Positions 1 to 10,352 of a stretch of 64,000 nt of DNA are shown piece after piece; the stretch's first letter is position 1; each line of letters begins with the position of its first letter. The translations under genes were made by a program, and so were the position numbers. The notes under the pieces were generated by a model. That model was not told the origin of the DNA, did no database searches, and was given only the letters and a program-made list of their open reading frames with translations. This DNA is from a virus. The stretch covers positions 1 to 64,000 of IMG/VR virus record IMGVR_UViG_3300020473_000024; one strand, given 5' to 3'.

Positions 1-89
1 CCTGACGCATGGCAAACAACCTCTTTGTCCATCTCTCAAAGTGAGTTTGCTTCCTTTGCTGAAGGGAGAGTGGTTGTCGAGGAGGTGTA

Positions 90-896
90 ATGATACCTAC
101 AAAAAGAGACTTTTCCACAGACGCTTTAGACAAGCTTTTGTGGCAATTCCAAGATAAAAACACTATAGAGACCTTCCTTGAAGCTCTTTGTGATCAATTA
201 GGGATAGTCCAAGAGGATCTATTCAATATAGTTGAAAACTTTAGTATAGAGGATGGTTATGATTACTTGCTAGATATGGTGGGTAAGATTGTAGGAGCTA
301 AGAGACTGGGAAGACCAGATGAAGAGTATAGGGATGCTATTAAACTAAAGATCCTTTTCAACACTTCTAATGGTACTCCTAATAAAATCTTAGAGGCTCT
401 GGCAACCGCTACAACAGCGACAGAAGTGGATATGTGGGAACACTACCCTTTGGCTTGCACTTACTATACAAACGGGGATTCTGTTCCCTCTAACTTAGTT
501 AAAGCTATCAAGTCAGCCTCCCCAGCCACTTGTAACGTTGTGATATATACAGATCCAGAAGAAAACTCTCTAATTCCTTCGGAGTTGGACGTAGATCTAT
601 TGCTCCTTATTGATCATGAAGGGAATGAGTTCGTTACAAATAACGATGACAATATTGAAGCGGCTAACTTAAATTCAACTCTTAATGAAAACCCTGAGAG
701 AAGTATTCTAAGTGAGTATACTTACGGAGAAGGGAGTGGGGTAGACAGATCAACCAAAGATGGTTTAGGAATACTTGTGGAAGTGGCAAGAGAAGGAAGC
801 CAGTATTCACAAGAGCAATTACAATTAATAGGTTCATCTAATAACTGGTGGATAACGATGAACTACACAGTTCCAAATATGTTAAGTGGAGTATAA
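90..896 (+). CDS. baseplate wedge protein (DUF2612-like)
   Basis: LDMVGKIVGAKR..DEEYRDAIKLKI..N.SNGT motif typical of myovirus baseplate proteins; upstream of tail fibre genes. Confidence 0.75.
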   Translation: MIPTKRDFSTDALDKLLWQFQDKNTIETFLEALCDQLGIVQEDLFNIVENFSIEDGYDYLLDMVGKIVGAKRLGRPDEEYRDAIKLKILFNTSNGTPNKILEALATATTATEVDMWEHYPLACTYYTNGDSVPSNLVKAIKSASPATCNVVIYTDPEENSLIPSELDVDLLLLIDHEGNEFVTNNDDNIEAANLNSTLNENPERSILSEYTYGEGSGVDRSTKDGLGILVEVAREGSQYSQEQLQLIGSSNNWWITMNYTVPNMLSGV

Positions 897-897
897 T

Positions 898-2811
898 ATG
901 ACAATAACAGATCAATTCCAACAAGCGGCAGATAAAGCCACTAATGCCAGTGAAATAGCTCACGATTGGGCGAACGGAGACGAGAACACAGAGATCCCTA
1001 CTGAGAGTGGCTCACTACCATCAATTAAGAAGTACATGAAAGACAATACTACAGATGTTTTCGCCCGTATGCCAATCACGGCTGATAGTCTTGTTGACTT
1101 GCTTAATATGCCATTTATCGACGGGCGCACTTATTCTAATAATGGTTTTTATCCAGACTCAGCAGTCGGTGGTGGAACATGGAAAGCTGTTTCGAATGCT
1201 GACTTAACTCAAAATAACGGTGGTACGTTTGTATCCGTTGCGGCATTGCAGGCGTGGTATGATGCCGCTGTTGCGGACGGGGGTGTTACTACTGCTAATT
1301 TGCAAGCTAATTTAAGTACGCTGTTCGCGGCTGGAACAGGTACGGGCGATGCTTTTGTTCGGGAAAAATCAGCAGAGGTAAAGGTTAGCCAGTACGGGGC
1401 TACTGGATCCAACCCTGAGTCGGACAAAATAGCTTGCATAGCCTGCGTAGCTTCAAAAAAAGATGTGCATTTCGATATAAAAGAAATAACCATTCCGACA
1501 TTATCAAATGGCGAGTCTCTTTTTCAGCTAGATAGCACTTATAAAAATATCAAGCACAGAGGTCCATGTAGATTTATAACTGATGGAGTTCTGGGTCGGT
1601 ATAACTTTTTGTACGAGCCAAAAGGCTGCGAAGATATAACTGTAGAAGATATACAAGGCGAGGATACGGTAAATAAATCGGAGGTAATGACTGCTCAGGG
1701 TGGGTTAGTGTTCTGCCGAGTTAATGATATTGCATCAGGAGACCGAGGATGTGTTCGTTTTCGCATGGTAAGACCAGCTATGTTTGGTGGAGGCGCTATT
1801 TTTCAGCCGATTGGCGCAACAAACGGAACAGACGCCCTAGAGTGCTCAATAATAGACGGGCACGCGGAAGATACGTATTACGCTATTAACTGCGCTGCAT
1901 CTGGCACTGGATTAAAAGCAAATATAAAATGCGTTAATGTTAAGAGGGCGTACTTTCCTTATGATGTTAGCAATCAAGATGTGATTATTGATTCCGAGAA
2001 TCCAGCATCATCTAACGCTCACTTTCTTTTTAAAACATACGACCCATTAAAGGGTCTTCGTGATATTACAGCTGTACTACGGATAAAAGGAGATACATCT
2101 GCTGGCTTAGGGCGGCTTGTTTTTGAGCATCAAGATGAGGCTACCGATAGTTCTATTATAGAAAACATAGATGTTACATTGTTTGATGAAAGGACGCTTG
2201 ATACAGAATCGGTATTTTTCCGCTCATACGCTAACCCAACCACGGTTAGGGCAGCAACTAATTGTGTATGGAGAAATATTACTATAAGGGGGTCTGCTAA
2301 TGGCTTGTACTTTTTCAGTAAGTCTACTAGACCTGTTGTCCTTGAATGGCTAGCAAGTGATCCAAAGGATGGCAGCTACGTAGGAGTTCAAGATCTTTTT
2401 TCATATAAAAAAATGTTTCTCAATAGCACATACTCAGAAGTGCTATTTAGGCAAGGCGTTGATTACTACACCAGCTTTGCAGAAGGTGTTAGTGGCACTG
2501 GATTAGATTACCTTTTCCCCTTGGGGAGAATGTTAAAAACAACCGCAGATACTAGCGTTACGGCTCGCTTTAAGTTAACCTTATTTCAGGGTTCTGAATC
2601 ATCAATGAGCAATCACACTTGTTATGAATTTGATGCGTTGTGTAGATATTCTGGCGGCACTGTTTCAATAACAAAAAGTGCTGACAGAAACCTTTTAAGT
2701 AATGCAACACCTATAACAGCAACAGTCACAGCATCTGGCGATGGGATAAGATTTCAGTCGCCTGTATTGGGTTCAAACCAGTTTCTTGTAATAACAGCGT
2801 TGCTTATGTAA
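898..2811 (+). CDS. tail spike / receptor-binding protein
   Basis: ATG at 898 after GGAG; N-terminal TESGSLPSIKK anchor, VSQYGA.G motif, then a beta-rich body. Confidence 0.7.
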   Translation: MTITDQFQQAADKATNASEIAHDWANGDENTEIPTESGSLPSIKKYMKDNTTDVFARMPITADSLVDLLNMPFIDGRTYSNNGFYPDSAVGGGTWKAVSNADLTQNNGGTFVSVAALQAWYDAAVADGGVTTANLQANLSTLFAAGTGTGDAFVREKSAEVKVSQYGATGSNPESDKIACIACVASKKDVHFDIKEITIPTLSNGESLFQLDSTYKNIKHRGPCRFITDGVLGRYNFLYEPKGCEDITVEDIQGEDTVNKSEVMTAQGGLVFCRVNDIASGDRGCVRFRMVRPAMFGGGAIFQPIGATNGTDALECSIIDGHAEDTYYAINCAASGTGLKANIKCVNVKRAYFPYDVSNQDVIIDSENPASSNAHFLFKTYDPLKGLRDITAVLRIKGDTSAGLGRLVFEHQDEATDSSIIENIDVTLFDERTLDTESVFFRSYANPTTVRAATNCVWRNITIRGSANGLYFFSKSTRPVVLEWLASDPKDGSYVGVQDLFSYKKMFLNSTYSEVLFRQGVDYYTSFAEGVSGTGLDYLFPLGRMLKTTADTSVTARFKLTLFQGSESSMSNHTCYEFDALCRYSGGTVSITKSADRNLLSNATPITATVTASGDGIRFQSPVLGSNQFLVITALLM

Positions 2812-2988
2812 CATAAATTATAAGATCTAAACAGAGGAAACATAGTGTCAAAAATCTTTGCACTTTAGCACAAGAGCATAAACAAATGCAAACACTCTAC
2901 TTAGAGCGCGAGAAAAGAAAAGGTCTTTAGCCTTTGAATAATCCAAACCAGTAAGATACACACGTAGTCTTTTACAAAAAGGTGAGAA

Positions 2989-3474
2989 ATGATTGTAACA
3001 AAATACCCAGAGTGGGCTACTGAAGATACAGTAGATCCTACTACAGGGGCAGAAAATAAACTAGAGCCAATAGTAGAATTTAAGCTAGATGGCTTACAAA
3101 AAGGAGAGCCTTTACCAAGGGCTTTCCTTAATTACCAATTTAATCTAATTGACCAGTGGATAAAACAGTTAGATTCTTCTTTAAACTATAGTGTGGTTGC
3201 TCCCGATGGAGATACAACACCAGATGTTGAAGCATATTCAACCCTAGTGTTATCCAACACTAGTGCCACTACGATTACAGATTTCGATACTACTGAAGTA
3301 GAAAGGGAGTTGGTCGTTATAGCTACAAATAGCAATTCAACTATTGAAAATAACACTAACATATCTCTAGAAGGATCTACTAATCTAACTTTAAACACCA
3401 ACGATGTTATCACTCTAAGAAAAATAGAGAGCATAGGAGATGTCTGGATTGAAGTAAGTAGGAGTATCAAGTAA
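2989..3474 (+). CDS. tail fibre-associated structural protein
   Basis: P.WA...G...GEPLPRAFLNYQF N-terminus typical of tail-fibre anchor domains. Confidence 0.6.
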   Translation: MIVTKYPEWATEDTVDPTTGAENKLEPIVEFKLDGLQKGEPLPRAFLNYQFNLIDQWIKQLDSSLNYSVVAPDGDTTPDVEAYSTLVLSNTSATTITDFDTTEVERELVVIATNSNSTIENNTNISLEGSTNLTLNTNDVITLRKIESIGDVWIEVSRSIK

Positions 3475-4388
3475 TGGCTAGAGTACAGGTACAAGATCTT
3501 AATGAAAAGTTGGAGTTAGCTGATATTGACTTCCTGCATATTAAGGACGGTGCTAGTGGTATTGACTATAAGTTTACTTTCAGTAATTTTGAATTACCCA
3601 CTACTAACCCTACTCGACAAACCGTGTCAAATTTAGGGAGTGTTGCTTTTGACAACTTAGTTCCTCTCGTCCGTGGGGGAACTGGATCTTCTACAGCGGC
3701 AGGAGCTAGGACAAACTTAGGGCTTGGCACTGCCGCTACAAAAGACTACGGAAGATCTCTTGGAAATCTAGTAGAGGTAGGCAGTTTTGGGTTAGGTTCA
3801 ACCTCAGACGGGGATAGTTTAAGTGGATCTATCGATTCTTCCTCTATCCCAGCAGGGGACTATAAGGTTTCCAGCAACTCTGGGGTATACCCAGTAGGAG
3901 TATCTACGTCTGGAGTGCTATCTGTTATTCGTTATAATGGAGATGTTATTGTACAAAAATATGCACCTAACAACAGTTTTAGACGATTTGAAAGAACTAT
4001 AGAGGGTGCGGTTGTAGGTGATTGGCGAGAGGTTGCTTTTGCAGGAGAAGATATCACGTTTAGAGATATCATTGGTAGGAATATTGATGCTACTGGATAT
4101 TTGCGTGGTTCAGACCCATCCCTGAAGTCCCGTAAACAAGTAGTGAGTGATATAACTCGTGAAGATTTAGACAGTATTGCTCTCTACTACTTCCGCTGGA
4201 AGGACATGCAAGAGGTTGATGAGTCTATCAGAGGCACTGAAGATATTGGTGTTATGGCTGATGAGGTACAGAGAATATTCCCAGAGTGTGTCACTGTGCG
4301 TAGTAATGGAACACTAGCTGTTGACTACGCTAAGTTCGCTACATGCTTCACTCTAGCAGATTACAAACTCAGGAGAGAGGGTAAATAA
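3474..4388 (+). CDS. tail fibre protein with C-terminal intramolecular chaperone (peptidase S74-like)
   Basis: GGTG..TAAGARTNLGLG repeat; C-terminal SD..LK...IGVMADEVQ..FPE.V...VDY. Confidence 0.8.
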   Translation: MARVQVQDLNEKLELADIDFLHIKDGASGIDYKFTFSNFELPTTNPTRQTVSNLGSVAFDNLVPLVRGGTGSSTAAGARTNLGLGTAATKDYGRSLGNLVEVGSFGLGSTSDGDSLSGSIDSSSIPAGDYKVSSNSGVYPVGVSTSGVLSVIRYNGDVIVQKYAPNNSFRRFERTIEGAVVGDWREVAFAGEDITFRDIIGRNIDATGYLRGSDPSLKSRKQVVSDITREDLDSIALYYFRWKDMQEVDESIRGTEDIGVMADEVQRIFPECVTVRSNGTLAVDYAKFATCFTLADYKLRREGK

Positions 4389-5068
4389 TGGCAATAGGTA
4401 TTCAAACGAGTGTAAGCCCTTATGAAGACTTTGATGATCTGTTTGAGCAAAGGATTTCAGGAGACCCCACAGTAGCAACTACTGGTGTCCAGACCTCTGG
4501 AGGTAGTGATATAAGTAATAGATATGTTCCTCTATCTTTCGGGGGAACAGCTATTGCTAACGACACTGGTGTTCAAAACAGCGCTGGAGATGATTGTCGT
4601 GATTTGTTTGCTGGAATAGGTACAGTTACTAGGGTACAAGCCCCTTGGGATGGATTAGATTACAGTGTAAGCTCCTTAGAGTCTGGATCGTCTACTGCGA
4701 GAGCTATACTAACTTTTTCACTAAATAACGACAAGAGCTTTTTGTTTGATGACTCTGGTAGCTCAACAAACACTATTAGTGGCATTCCAGTGGCTACTGG
4801 GGATTGGCTTGATAGTGGGTCTGTTTCTAGTTATGAGGCGAGAGTAAGCCTAGTATTCGACATAAATAACGGAGGTCAGATAAACAATGAAATGTCCTCT
4901 TTTGTCAGCCTTGGGACGTCTAGATCCTTGGTGATTGACTGTGCTAACAACCTTGGTGTAACACAAAAAGCTGGTACTGCCACTGTAGAAGTAAGACGTT
5001 CTTCTGATAATCAAATTGTTTCGACCAGTACATTTAGTTTTGATGTTAGAGCCGAAGGAACTAGTTAA
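4388..5068 (+). CDS. tail fibre tip/adhesin-like protein
   Basis: Coupled to the fibre gene; internal TGVQ.S.G.D repeats; S/T/G-rich. Confidence 0.55.
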   Translation: MAIGIQTSVSPYEDFDDLFEQRISGDPTVATTGVQTSGGSDISNRYVPLSFGGTAIANDTGVQNSAGDDCRDLFAGIGTVTRVQAPWDGLDYSVSSLESGSSTARAILTFSLNNDKSFLFDDSGSSTNTISGIPVATGDWLDSGSVSSYEARVSLVFDINNGGQINNEMSSFVSLGTSRSLVIDCANNLGVTQKAGTATVEVRRSSDNQIVSTSTFSFDVRAEGTS

Positions 5069-5089
5069 TATTAACATAAGAGGTGAATA

Positions 5090-5362
5090 ATGGTTAGTTG
5101 GTTATTATTTTTAATATTTGCTTTGCTTCAAGTGGCAGATGTACGCACCACTGATAAAGCGATCTTAGAGGGTGCTATCGAAGCTAACCCTGTTGTAAGA
5201 TGGGTCATGGACAAGCTAGGAGACAGGTGGTGGTTGGTTAAACTATTACCTCTGGCTGGTGGGGTGGTGTTATTAGCCCACCAAGCTTGGATGGCTCTCT
5301 TAGTTTTAAATGTAATTTTTGGTTTTGTTGTTTGGCACAACTACAAACTTGGGAGTAAGTAA
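5090..5362 (+). CDS. small membrane protein (DUF5658-like)
   Basis: D..TT...L..GA.EANP motif plus hydrophobic helices. Confidence 0.6.
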   Translation: MVSWLLFLIFALLQVADVRTTDKAILEGAIEANPVVRWVMDKLGDRWWLVKLLPLAGGVVLLAHQAWMALLVLNVIFGFVVWHNYKLGSK

Positions 5363-5679
5363 TGTCAGCAGAGACAGGCATCTTAGCAATTTTAGTTAAG
5401 TACCTGTGGTGGGGAATAACTGCCGTTTTTGGGTTTTTATTCGCTTGGGTATTTAAGCGTATAAATGATACCTACACCAAACAGGAGACAGACGAGAGGA
5501 TCGAGTTAAGTCTCAAAGAGGTGTTAATGACAGTTAAATGGCATGGACAACAAATAGAGAAGCTAAATATCTTACTTGAGAAGATTGTCGATAAAGACAC
5601 TCAGGATGGTAAGGATATGGCGAGTCTGTCCCAGAAAGTAGATAATATTATCGAAAGGATGGATAGAGAGAGTCGCTAA
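5362..5679 (+). CDS. putative holin/antiholin-like membrane protein
   Basis: One N-terminal TM helix, then a coiled coil; upstream of spanins. Confidence 0.45.
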   Translation: MSAETGILAILVKYLWWGITAVFGFLFAWVFKRINDTYTKQETDERIELSLKEVLMTVKWHGQQIEKLNILLEKIVDKDTQDGKDMASLSQKVDNIIERMDRESR

Positions 5680-6269
5680 TGTTCACTCCTCTCTATTATA
5701 TTGTTGTGGGGTGTATCACCACCCTGCTTCAATTAAATTGGAAGAGAAGGATATACTCAGCTATGTTCTTCTTACTTCTGATATTTGCACCTAAACTAAG
5801 GGAATTATATGAAATAGACTACGAAACATTCTACTTATTATTATCTCTCGCTTGGATCTCTGTTGTCTTTATTCTAGAGAAAAATAGAGTGAGGTTATTC
5901 TTTTTCACCGCAGGAGTGGTGGTAGCCTCTCATTTTAGTGTAGATTTAATATTAAGAATTGGCAGTGTTGAGTTAGTTGTTTTTGGACTAATGTGGCACA
6001 CTTATATTGATAGGTGGGTCAGTAGAAATAAGGAGGGGATAAAGAGTGGGTCTTCTAAAGTATTGGAAATGGGGAGTAATGTTATTTTTGCTAACCGTAG
6101 CAGGAACACTATATTACTTGAACCAAAACCTCACCACCTCGTTGAACGAGAAAGAAAAACAGATCGTCAGATTAGAAGAATCGAACAAAAGCTTGCAGAG
6201 TACGATGAAGACGATGCAGGAGAGGTACGAGAATCAATCTCTGAGGCTAGAAAAACTCTCAGGGGATAG
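5679..6269 (+). CDS. multi-pass membrane protein of lysis region
   Basis: TAATG coupling with the previous gene; about 4 hydrophobic segments; 3' part overlaps the i-spanin. Confidence 0.45.
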   Translation: MFTPLYYIVVGCITTLLQLNWKRRIYSAMFFLLLIFAPKLRELYEIDYETFYLLLSLAWISVVFILEKNRVRLFFFTAGVVVASHFSVDLILRIGSVELVVFGLMWHTYIDRWVSRNKEGIKSGSSKVLEMGSNVIFANRSRNTILLEPKPHHLVERERKTDRQIRRIEQKLAEYDEDDAGEVRESISEARKTLRG

Positions 6270-6492
6270 TAGGGTACTACAAGAGACAAATAATCGTCTC
6301 AGGAATGAATTAGGAGGGTATAAAGACCGTGAAAAAGTTGTTCTTGCAAAGCCTGAGCTTATTGAGCGCAGGACTAATGATGCTGTTCATAAGCTCGTGC
6401 GCGAGTATGAGTGCTCCACCTCAACCACAGGTTGTGAAGGAAGTAATAGTGAAACCAGAGAGACCAGCAAAGATAAATCCAATAGAGATTGA
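6046..6492 (+). CDS. inner-membrane spanin (Rz-like)
   Basis: AAGGAGG then GTG; N-terminal TM plus long coiled coil; overlaps a lipoprotein ORF. Confidence 0.8.
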   Translation: MGLLKYWKWGVMLFLLTVAGTLYYLNQNLTTSLNEKEKQIVRLEESNKSLQSTMKTMQERYENQSLRLEKLSGDSRVLQETNNRLRNELGGYKDREKVVLAKPELIERRTNDAVHKLVREYECSTSTTGCEGSNSETRETSKDKSNRD

Positions 6493-6703
6493 TTACCTCA
6501 CAGTTACACAGGGTAATATGGAGGATAAGATCCTCACAGGGTCAGCCTATCAGTGCCTCTCTTGGTCAGATTATTTAACATTAGCACAATGGGAACAAGA
6601 GAAACTACGTTGGATAAGACAGACTAATTTAATATTAGACTACTATGAAAACAGGTTGAAGGAAATAGACAATGGAAAAGAAGCCTCTCCACCAGAAGAT
6701 TAA
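6329..6703 (+). CDS. outer-membrane spanin lipoprotein (Rz1-like)
   Basis: Lipobox-like FISSC followed by a Pro-rich segment; overlaps the i-spanin in another frame. Confidence 0.8.
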   Translation: MKKLFLQSLSLLSAGLMMLFISSCASMSAPPQPQVVKEVIVKPERPAKINPIEIDYLTVTQGNMEDKILTGSAYQCLSWSDYLTLAQWEQEKLRWIRQTNLILDYYENRLKEIDNGKEASPPED

Positions 6704-6914
6704 GGACTACAGGGTAGTGAGTATACTTGCCCTTATCTTTATCTCTTACTTGCTGTATGAGGTTGTTCACTGGACTATGACATCAAATCCGACTGAGCTT
6801 GGTAGTGCGGTTGCAGTGTCAGGTATTATAGCTGGCTTGGTGGGCGCATGGAAGTTCACTCTGGAGTTTGCTAGATCCCGAAGTAATGATAATGGACAAT
6901 CAAGTAGCGAGTAA
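6672..6914 (+). CDS. putative holin (2 TM)
   Basis: 80 aa, two hydrophobic helices, charged termini, end of lysis cluster. Confidence 0.5.
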   Translation: MEKKPLHQKIKDYRVVSILALIFISYLLYEVVHWTMTSNPTELGSAVAVSGIIAGLVGAWKFTLEFARSRSNDNGQSSSE

Positions 6915-6916
6915 AT

Positions 6917-6954
6917 AAAAAGCCCCAATCCGTTAGGAAAGGGGCTTTATTTTT
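6917..6954. terminator. bidirectional intrinsic terminator
   Basis: AAAAAGCCCC...GGGGCTTTATTTT hairpin between convergent operons. Confidence 0.8.
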
Positions 6955-7114
6955 ATTCAATTTCTACGTTATCGGCAAATTCAACAATGAAAATGTAAGT
7001 AGACTCGCCAGTTTGTCTAACTGAGTCTAAACTCACTCTGCCCCCTTGCTCTTGATAAGTCAACAGCTTAGTTGCGAAGTCGTGCAAGGAATAACACTTA
7101 ATCAATTTTTCCAT
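6953..7114 (-). CDS. hypothetical protein (53 aa, not in ORF track)
   Basis: MEKLIKCYSL...VEIE; ATG overlaps the upstream TAA. Confidence 0.55.
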   Translation of the reverse strand: MEKLIKCYSLHDFATKLLTYQEQGGRVSLDSVRQTGESTYIFIVEFADNVEIE

Positions 7115-7473
7115 TAAGCTTCAATCTCTCCTAATTTCTCATAAGCAGACTTTTTCAAATCCCCTTTATTAAGTGACCCGTCTAGCTCCACACCAATCTC
7201 GCTGAAAGCTTCTATGATGGTTGCTTTAGTGCCTCCCTCGATAATATCAATGTATTCTTCTCTATCAAATACACTTTCATCTGGTTCAGTGGTATACTCC
7301 TCTTGCTGAGGTGGTGTCTCTACCTCTTCTACAACACCATTTGTCTTAAAGATAACCAACCCACCATTAATCATAACGGTTTTTTCTAGAATGGTTTCTC
7401 CATTCGCCCCAGCTTCAGCGGCAAGACGCAAAGCGTCTGCCACTCCTTTTCCTTCATATTTCTTCATAATCAC
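7114..7473 (-). CDS. hypothetical protein
   Basis: AAGGAG RBS; acidic linker and C-terminal helical domain. Confidence 0.6.
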   Translation of the reverse strand: MIMKKYEGKGVADALRLAAEAGANGETILEKTVMINGGLVIFKTNGVVEEVETPPQQEEYTTEPDESVFDREEYIDIIEGGTKATIIEAFSEIGVELDGSLNKGDLKKSAYEKLGEIEA

Positions 7474-7657
7474 TCCTTAAATATCTTGTGTACTTGTGTC
7501 ACACCCATTCTCTTGTGTGCCAAACCCCCAGTCTTCTTCATGCACCTGTAAAACCTCCTTTATCGTGCTCGACTACGGGGTGATCTTCTTTAGAGATACC
7601 ATCTCCCCATCCTATTAAAATACCAAAAGCATACTGGTCAGTTTTCATATTGTCTCC

Positions 7658-9346
7658 TTATGCGTGGCAAGCAACACACTCGCCTTTACTGGCTTTTACA
7701 CCAGCTTGACTTCTCTGGTAATACAGGGTAGGAAGATTAGGATCTTCAATAAATTCCTGCGTTACCTCGCTAATCCACTCTTCTTCTTCATCCGCACCGA
7801 AGAAAAGGTTAAGAGATTGTGTCTGGCATAAATTAGGCTGTCTCTGAGAAGCGGCAGTGATGATCGACTTCTGATTTATCTCAAAAGCTGTCTTAAACAC
7901 CTCTTTCTCTTCTTCAGATAACCAGTCTACATGCTGTACACTTCCAGCTTTTTCTTCAATGTCTTTAAGAGTGGTTTCATTGTAAACACCTCTCTCCTTC
8001 ATAACTGACAAGAGGCTAGGGTTTATTCGTCTTACAGTGCCACCAGCGGTGGTCTGGGAGTAGACGTTCATTACAATAGGCTCTATGCCTTGGCTAATAC
8101 TACCCACTAGTAAGGATGTGCTCATGGTGGGAGCTACAGCTGTTCGGTGTGTGTTACGAACACCATATCCTTTACACCACTCTGGTTCACCCCATTCCTT
8201 AGCCATCCATTGTGAAGCTTTTAATGATTCTTGTCGGAGGTGATTAAACACTCTACCATTCCACATCATAGCCTCAAAGCTCTCAAACGGGATTCTGTGC
8301 TCTTGTAAGTAAGTGGCATAGCCTAGCACACCCAAACCGAGTGCTCGACCCTTCTCTGTAAATTTGACAGCTTTCTCCAGCCCTTTAATCTCTCTTGCTT
8401 GACGGATGAAATGCTCTGCAACACAGTCTAAGAAGACAGTGGCTACAAAAACAGCATCCGTATCTTTCCACTCATCCCAATGGAGTAGATTCATAGATGA
8501 AAGAACACAAGTGAAAGAATACTCTTCACTAGAGTGTAGTAATATTTCGGTACATAAGTTGCTTGACTTAACATCTAGTCCAAGATCCTTATACATCTGA
8601 GGTCTAGACTCAGCAACAGTCCAGTCTTTATAAAGATAACCTTTCCCAATAGTAGACCTGATAAAGATAACACGCTGGTAGCGTTTTAAAGCTTCCTTAT
8701 CACCCTTGTTTAACTTATTGATAAAGTCTTTTGTCAATATCCAACCAATGTTACAGTCATCGGGATAGTGAAATAGGTGATCAGCAATTTCCCAGAAATC
8801 TTTATGGTCAATCTCAATGTAGTTGGCAATAGCACCTCTCCGAGAAGACCCTTGAGAGATATTCTGAGCCATTGTAATGTAGTCTTTCAAAACAGGACGT
8901 GTACCACTAGCCTTTCCATCTACACCGAATTTACTACCTCTAGGACGAATATCCCCAAGATAAGCAGAAGTTCCGAAGCCATTCTTAGAGAGGACAGCAT
9001 TCTCTTTCAGGACATCGTAGAACTCATATACACTGTCACCTACATACGTACCAGAGCAACTTACAGGGCATCCTTTGTTAGTACCCATGTTAGATAGTAC
9101 GGGAGTGGCTGGACTAAGCCAACCTTTCCACATAATATCAAAGAACCTTGCCGCCCACTCCTCAGGGTTGTCGGTATAGCTTGCCGCTGTAGTAGCTACT
9201 GTAGTGTATCTGTCTAAAGCTGTCTCACCCTCAGTGAGGTATTTAGCTTTTAATAGTTGGTAGCCAGCCGTTGAATACCACTCAGGGAGAAGACCCTGCT
9301 CTTGTAACATCTTTCGTTCTTTAGATAAATCTTCATACGAACTCAT
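7658..9346 (-). CDS. nrdA: ribonucleotide reductase class I alpha subunit
   Basis: SPATP, PVSC, SSNLCTEI, APTMS, TLYY and C-terminal CVAC motifs; no ATP cone. Confidence 0.95.
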   Translation of the reverse strand: MSSYEDLSKERKMLQEQGLLPEWYSTAGYQLLKAKYLTEGETALDRYTTVATTAASYTDNPEEWAARFFDIMWKGWLSPATPVLSNMGTNKGCPVSCSGTYVGDSVYEFYDVLKENAVLSKNGFGTSAYLGDIRPRGSKFGVDGKASGTRPVLKDYITMAQNISQGSSRRGAIANYIEIDHKDFWEIADHLFHYPDDCNIGWILTKDFINKLNKGDKEALKRYQRVIFIRSTIGKGYLYKDWTVAESRPQMYKDLGLDVKSSNLCTEILLHSSEEYSFTCVLSSMNLLHWDEWKDTDAVFVATVFLDCVAEHFIRQAREIKGLEKAVKFTEKGRALGLGVLGYATYLQEHRIPFESFEAMMWNGRVFNHLRQESLKASQWMAKEWGEPEWCKGYGVRNTHRTAVAPTMSTSLLVGSISQGIEPIVMNVYSQTTAGGTVRRINPSLLSVMKERGVYNETTLKDIEEKAGSVQHVDWLSEEEKEVFKTAFEINQKSIITAASQRQPNLCQTQSLNLFFGADEEEEWISEVTQEFIEDPNLPTLYYQRSQAGVKASKGECVACHA

Positions 9347-10344
9347 TACTCAGAAGTCCTCCAAACAAATTTATTTTCATTATAATTACGAACATACTCA
9401 AAATTACCTGAGTTGAAGAAATCATGGAACTTATAAGCATTAATGTCATCGTAAAACCAATCTGCAATAGGGTTATATTTAGGCTTGTAAATCGCTGGCA
9501 ACCCTAAATTACCTAAGCAAAGATCAATACGATGCTGAACAAAATTGTCCATCTGCTTTTCGGTGATCCCAGAAATCTCTCCTTTTGAAAAGATTTTCTT
9601 TATAATCTCTTGCTCGTGCTCATATATCTTCCTAGCGCATTCTATGATGTAGTCTTCTGTCTCTCTCACCTCTTCAACAGTCATCCAACCAGAGCGCAGG
9701 ATCTCATCTTTCATTAGACGATAAACATAAGCACCATACTCACTGTGTAAATTCTCGTCTTTAACTGAGGCTGTTATGCCAGCATTAACGTTCTTAAGCA
9801 AGTCCTTGCCATTCACTTGGAAATGTCTTAAGAAGGCGAAGTTGCTGTATAGGATTGCGCCCTCCGTCATAGAAAACACCCCTAAGCTTACTAAAGGGTT
9901 TTTATCAGTGACAGCTTTTTCGATGAAATCAATCCTAGCTTTAAGAGCTGGATCATGTTGGTAGCTTGCGTAGTGCTCGTCTGTATTTAGCATTAACGCT
10001 TCGTCTAGTTTACTGTAAAAAACCGCGTGTACACCTAATTCTACATAACTAAACAAACTAGCCACTCGGATTAGTTCAGGGCGAGGACAGATCTTTTGAA
10101 ACTTACCTCCCCAATACTCTCCTCCTACAATAATTTCATAAAGAGTGAAGAGTTTTAACACCTCTTTTACACCATGACTTTCTGCCTCTGTCATATTAAC
10201 TAGCAAGTCTTGGACATCTTTAGATACTTCTACCTCTGAGGCTGTCCATAATATTTTCTGTTGTGCTTCCTCAAATTGGAACACCTCAGGGTAATCAAAT
10301 GTATACGTATCTTTTTTAGTTAAGATACGGGGTTTCTTTGCCAT
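9346..10344 (-). CDS. nrdB: ribonucleotide reductase class I beta subunit
   Basis: E..H...Y, EG..LY..F and DENLH di-metal motifs; C-terminal DFF. Confidence 0.95.
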   Translation of the reverse strand: MAKKPRILTKKDTYTFDYPEVFQFEEAQQKILWTASEVEVSKDVQDLLVNMTEAESHGVKEVLKLFTLYEIIVGGEYWGGKFQKICPRPELIRVASLFSYVELGVHAVFYSKLDEALMLNTDEHYASYQHDPALKARIDFIEKAVTDKNPLVSLGVFSMTEGAILYSNFAFLRHFQVNGKDLLKNVNAGITASVKDENLHSEYGAYVYRLMKDEILRSGWMTVEEVRETEDYIIECARKIYEHEQEIIKKIFSKGEISGITEKQMDNFVQHRIDLCLGNLGLPAIYKPKYNPIADWFYDDINAYKFHDFFNSGNFEYVRNYNENKFVWRTSE

Positions 10345-10352
10345 ATTACTCC

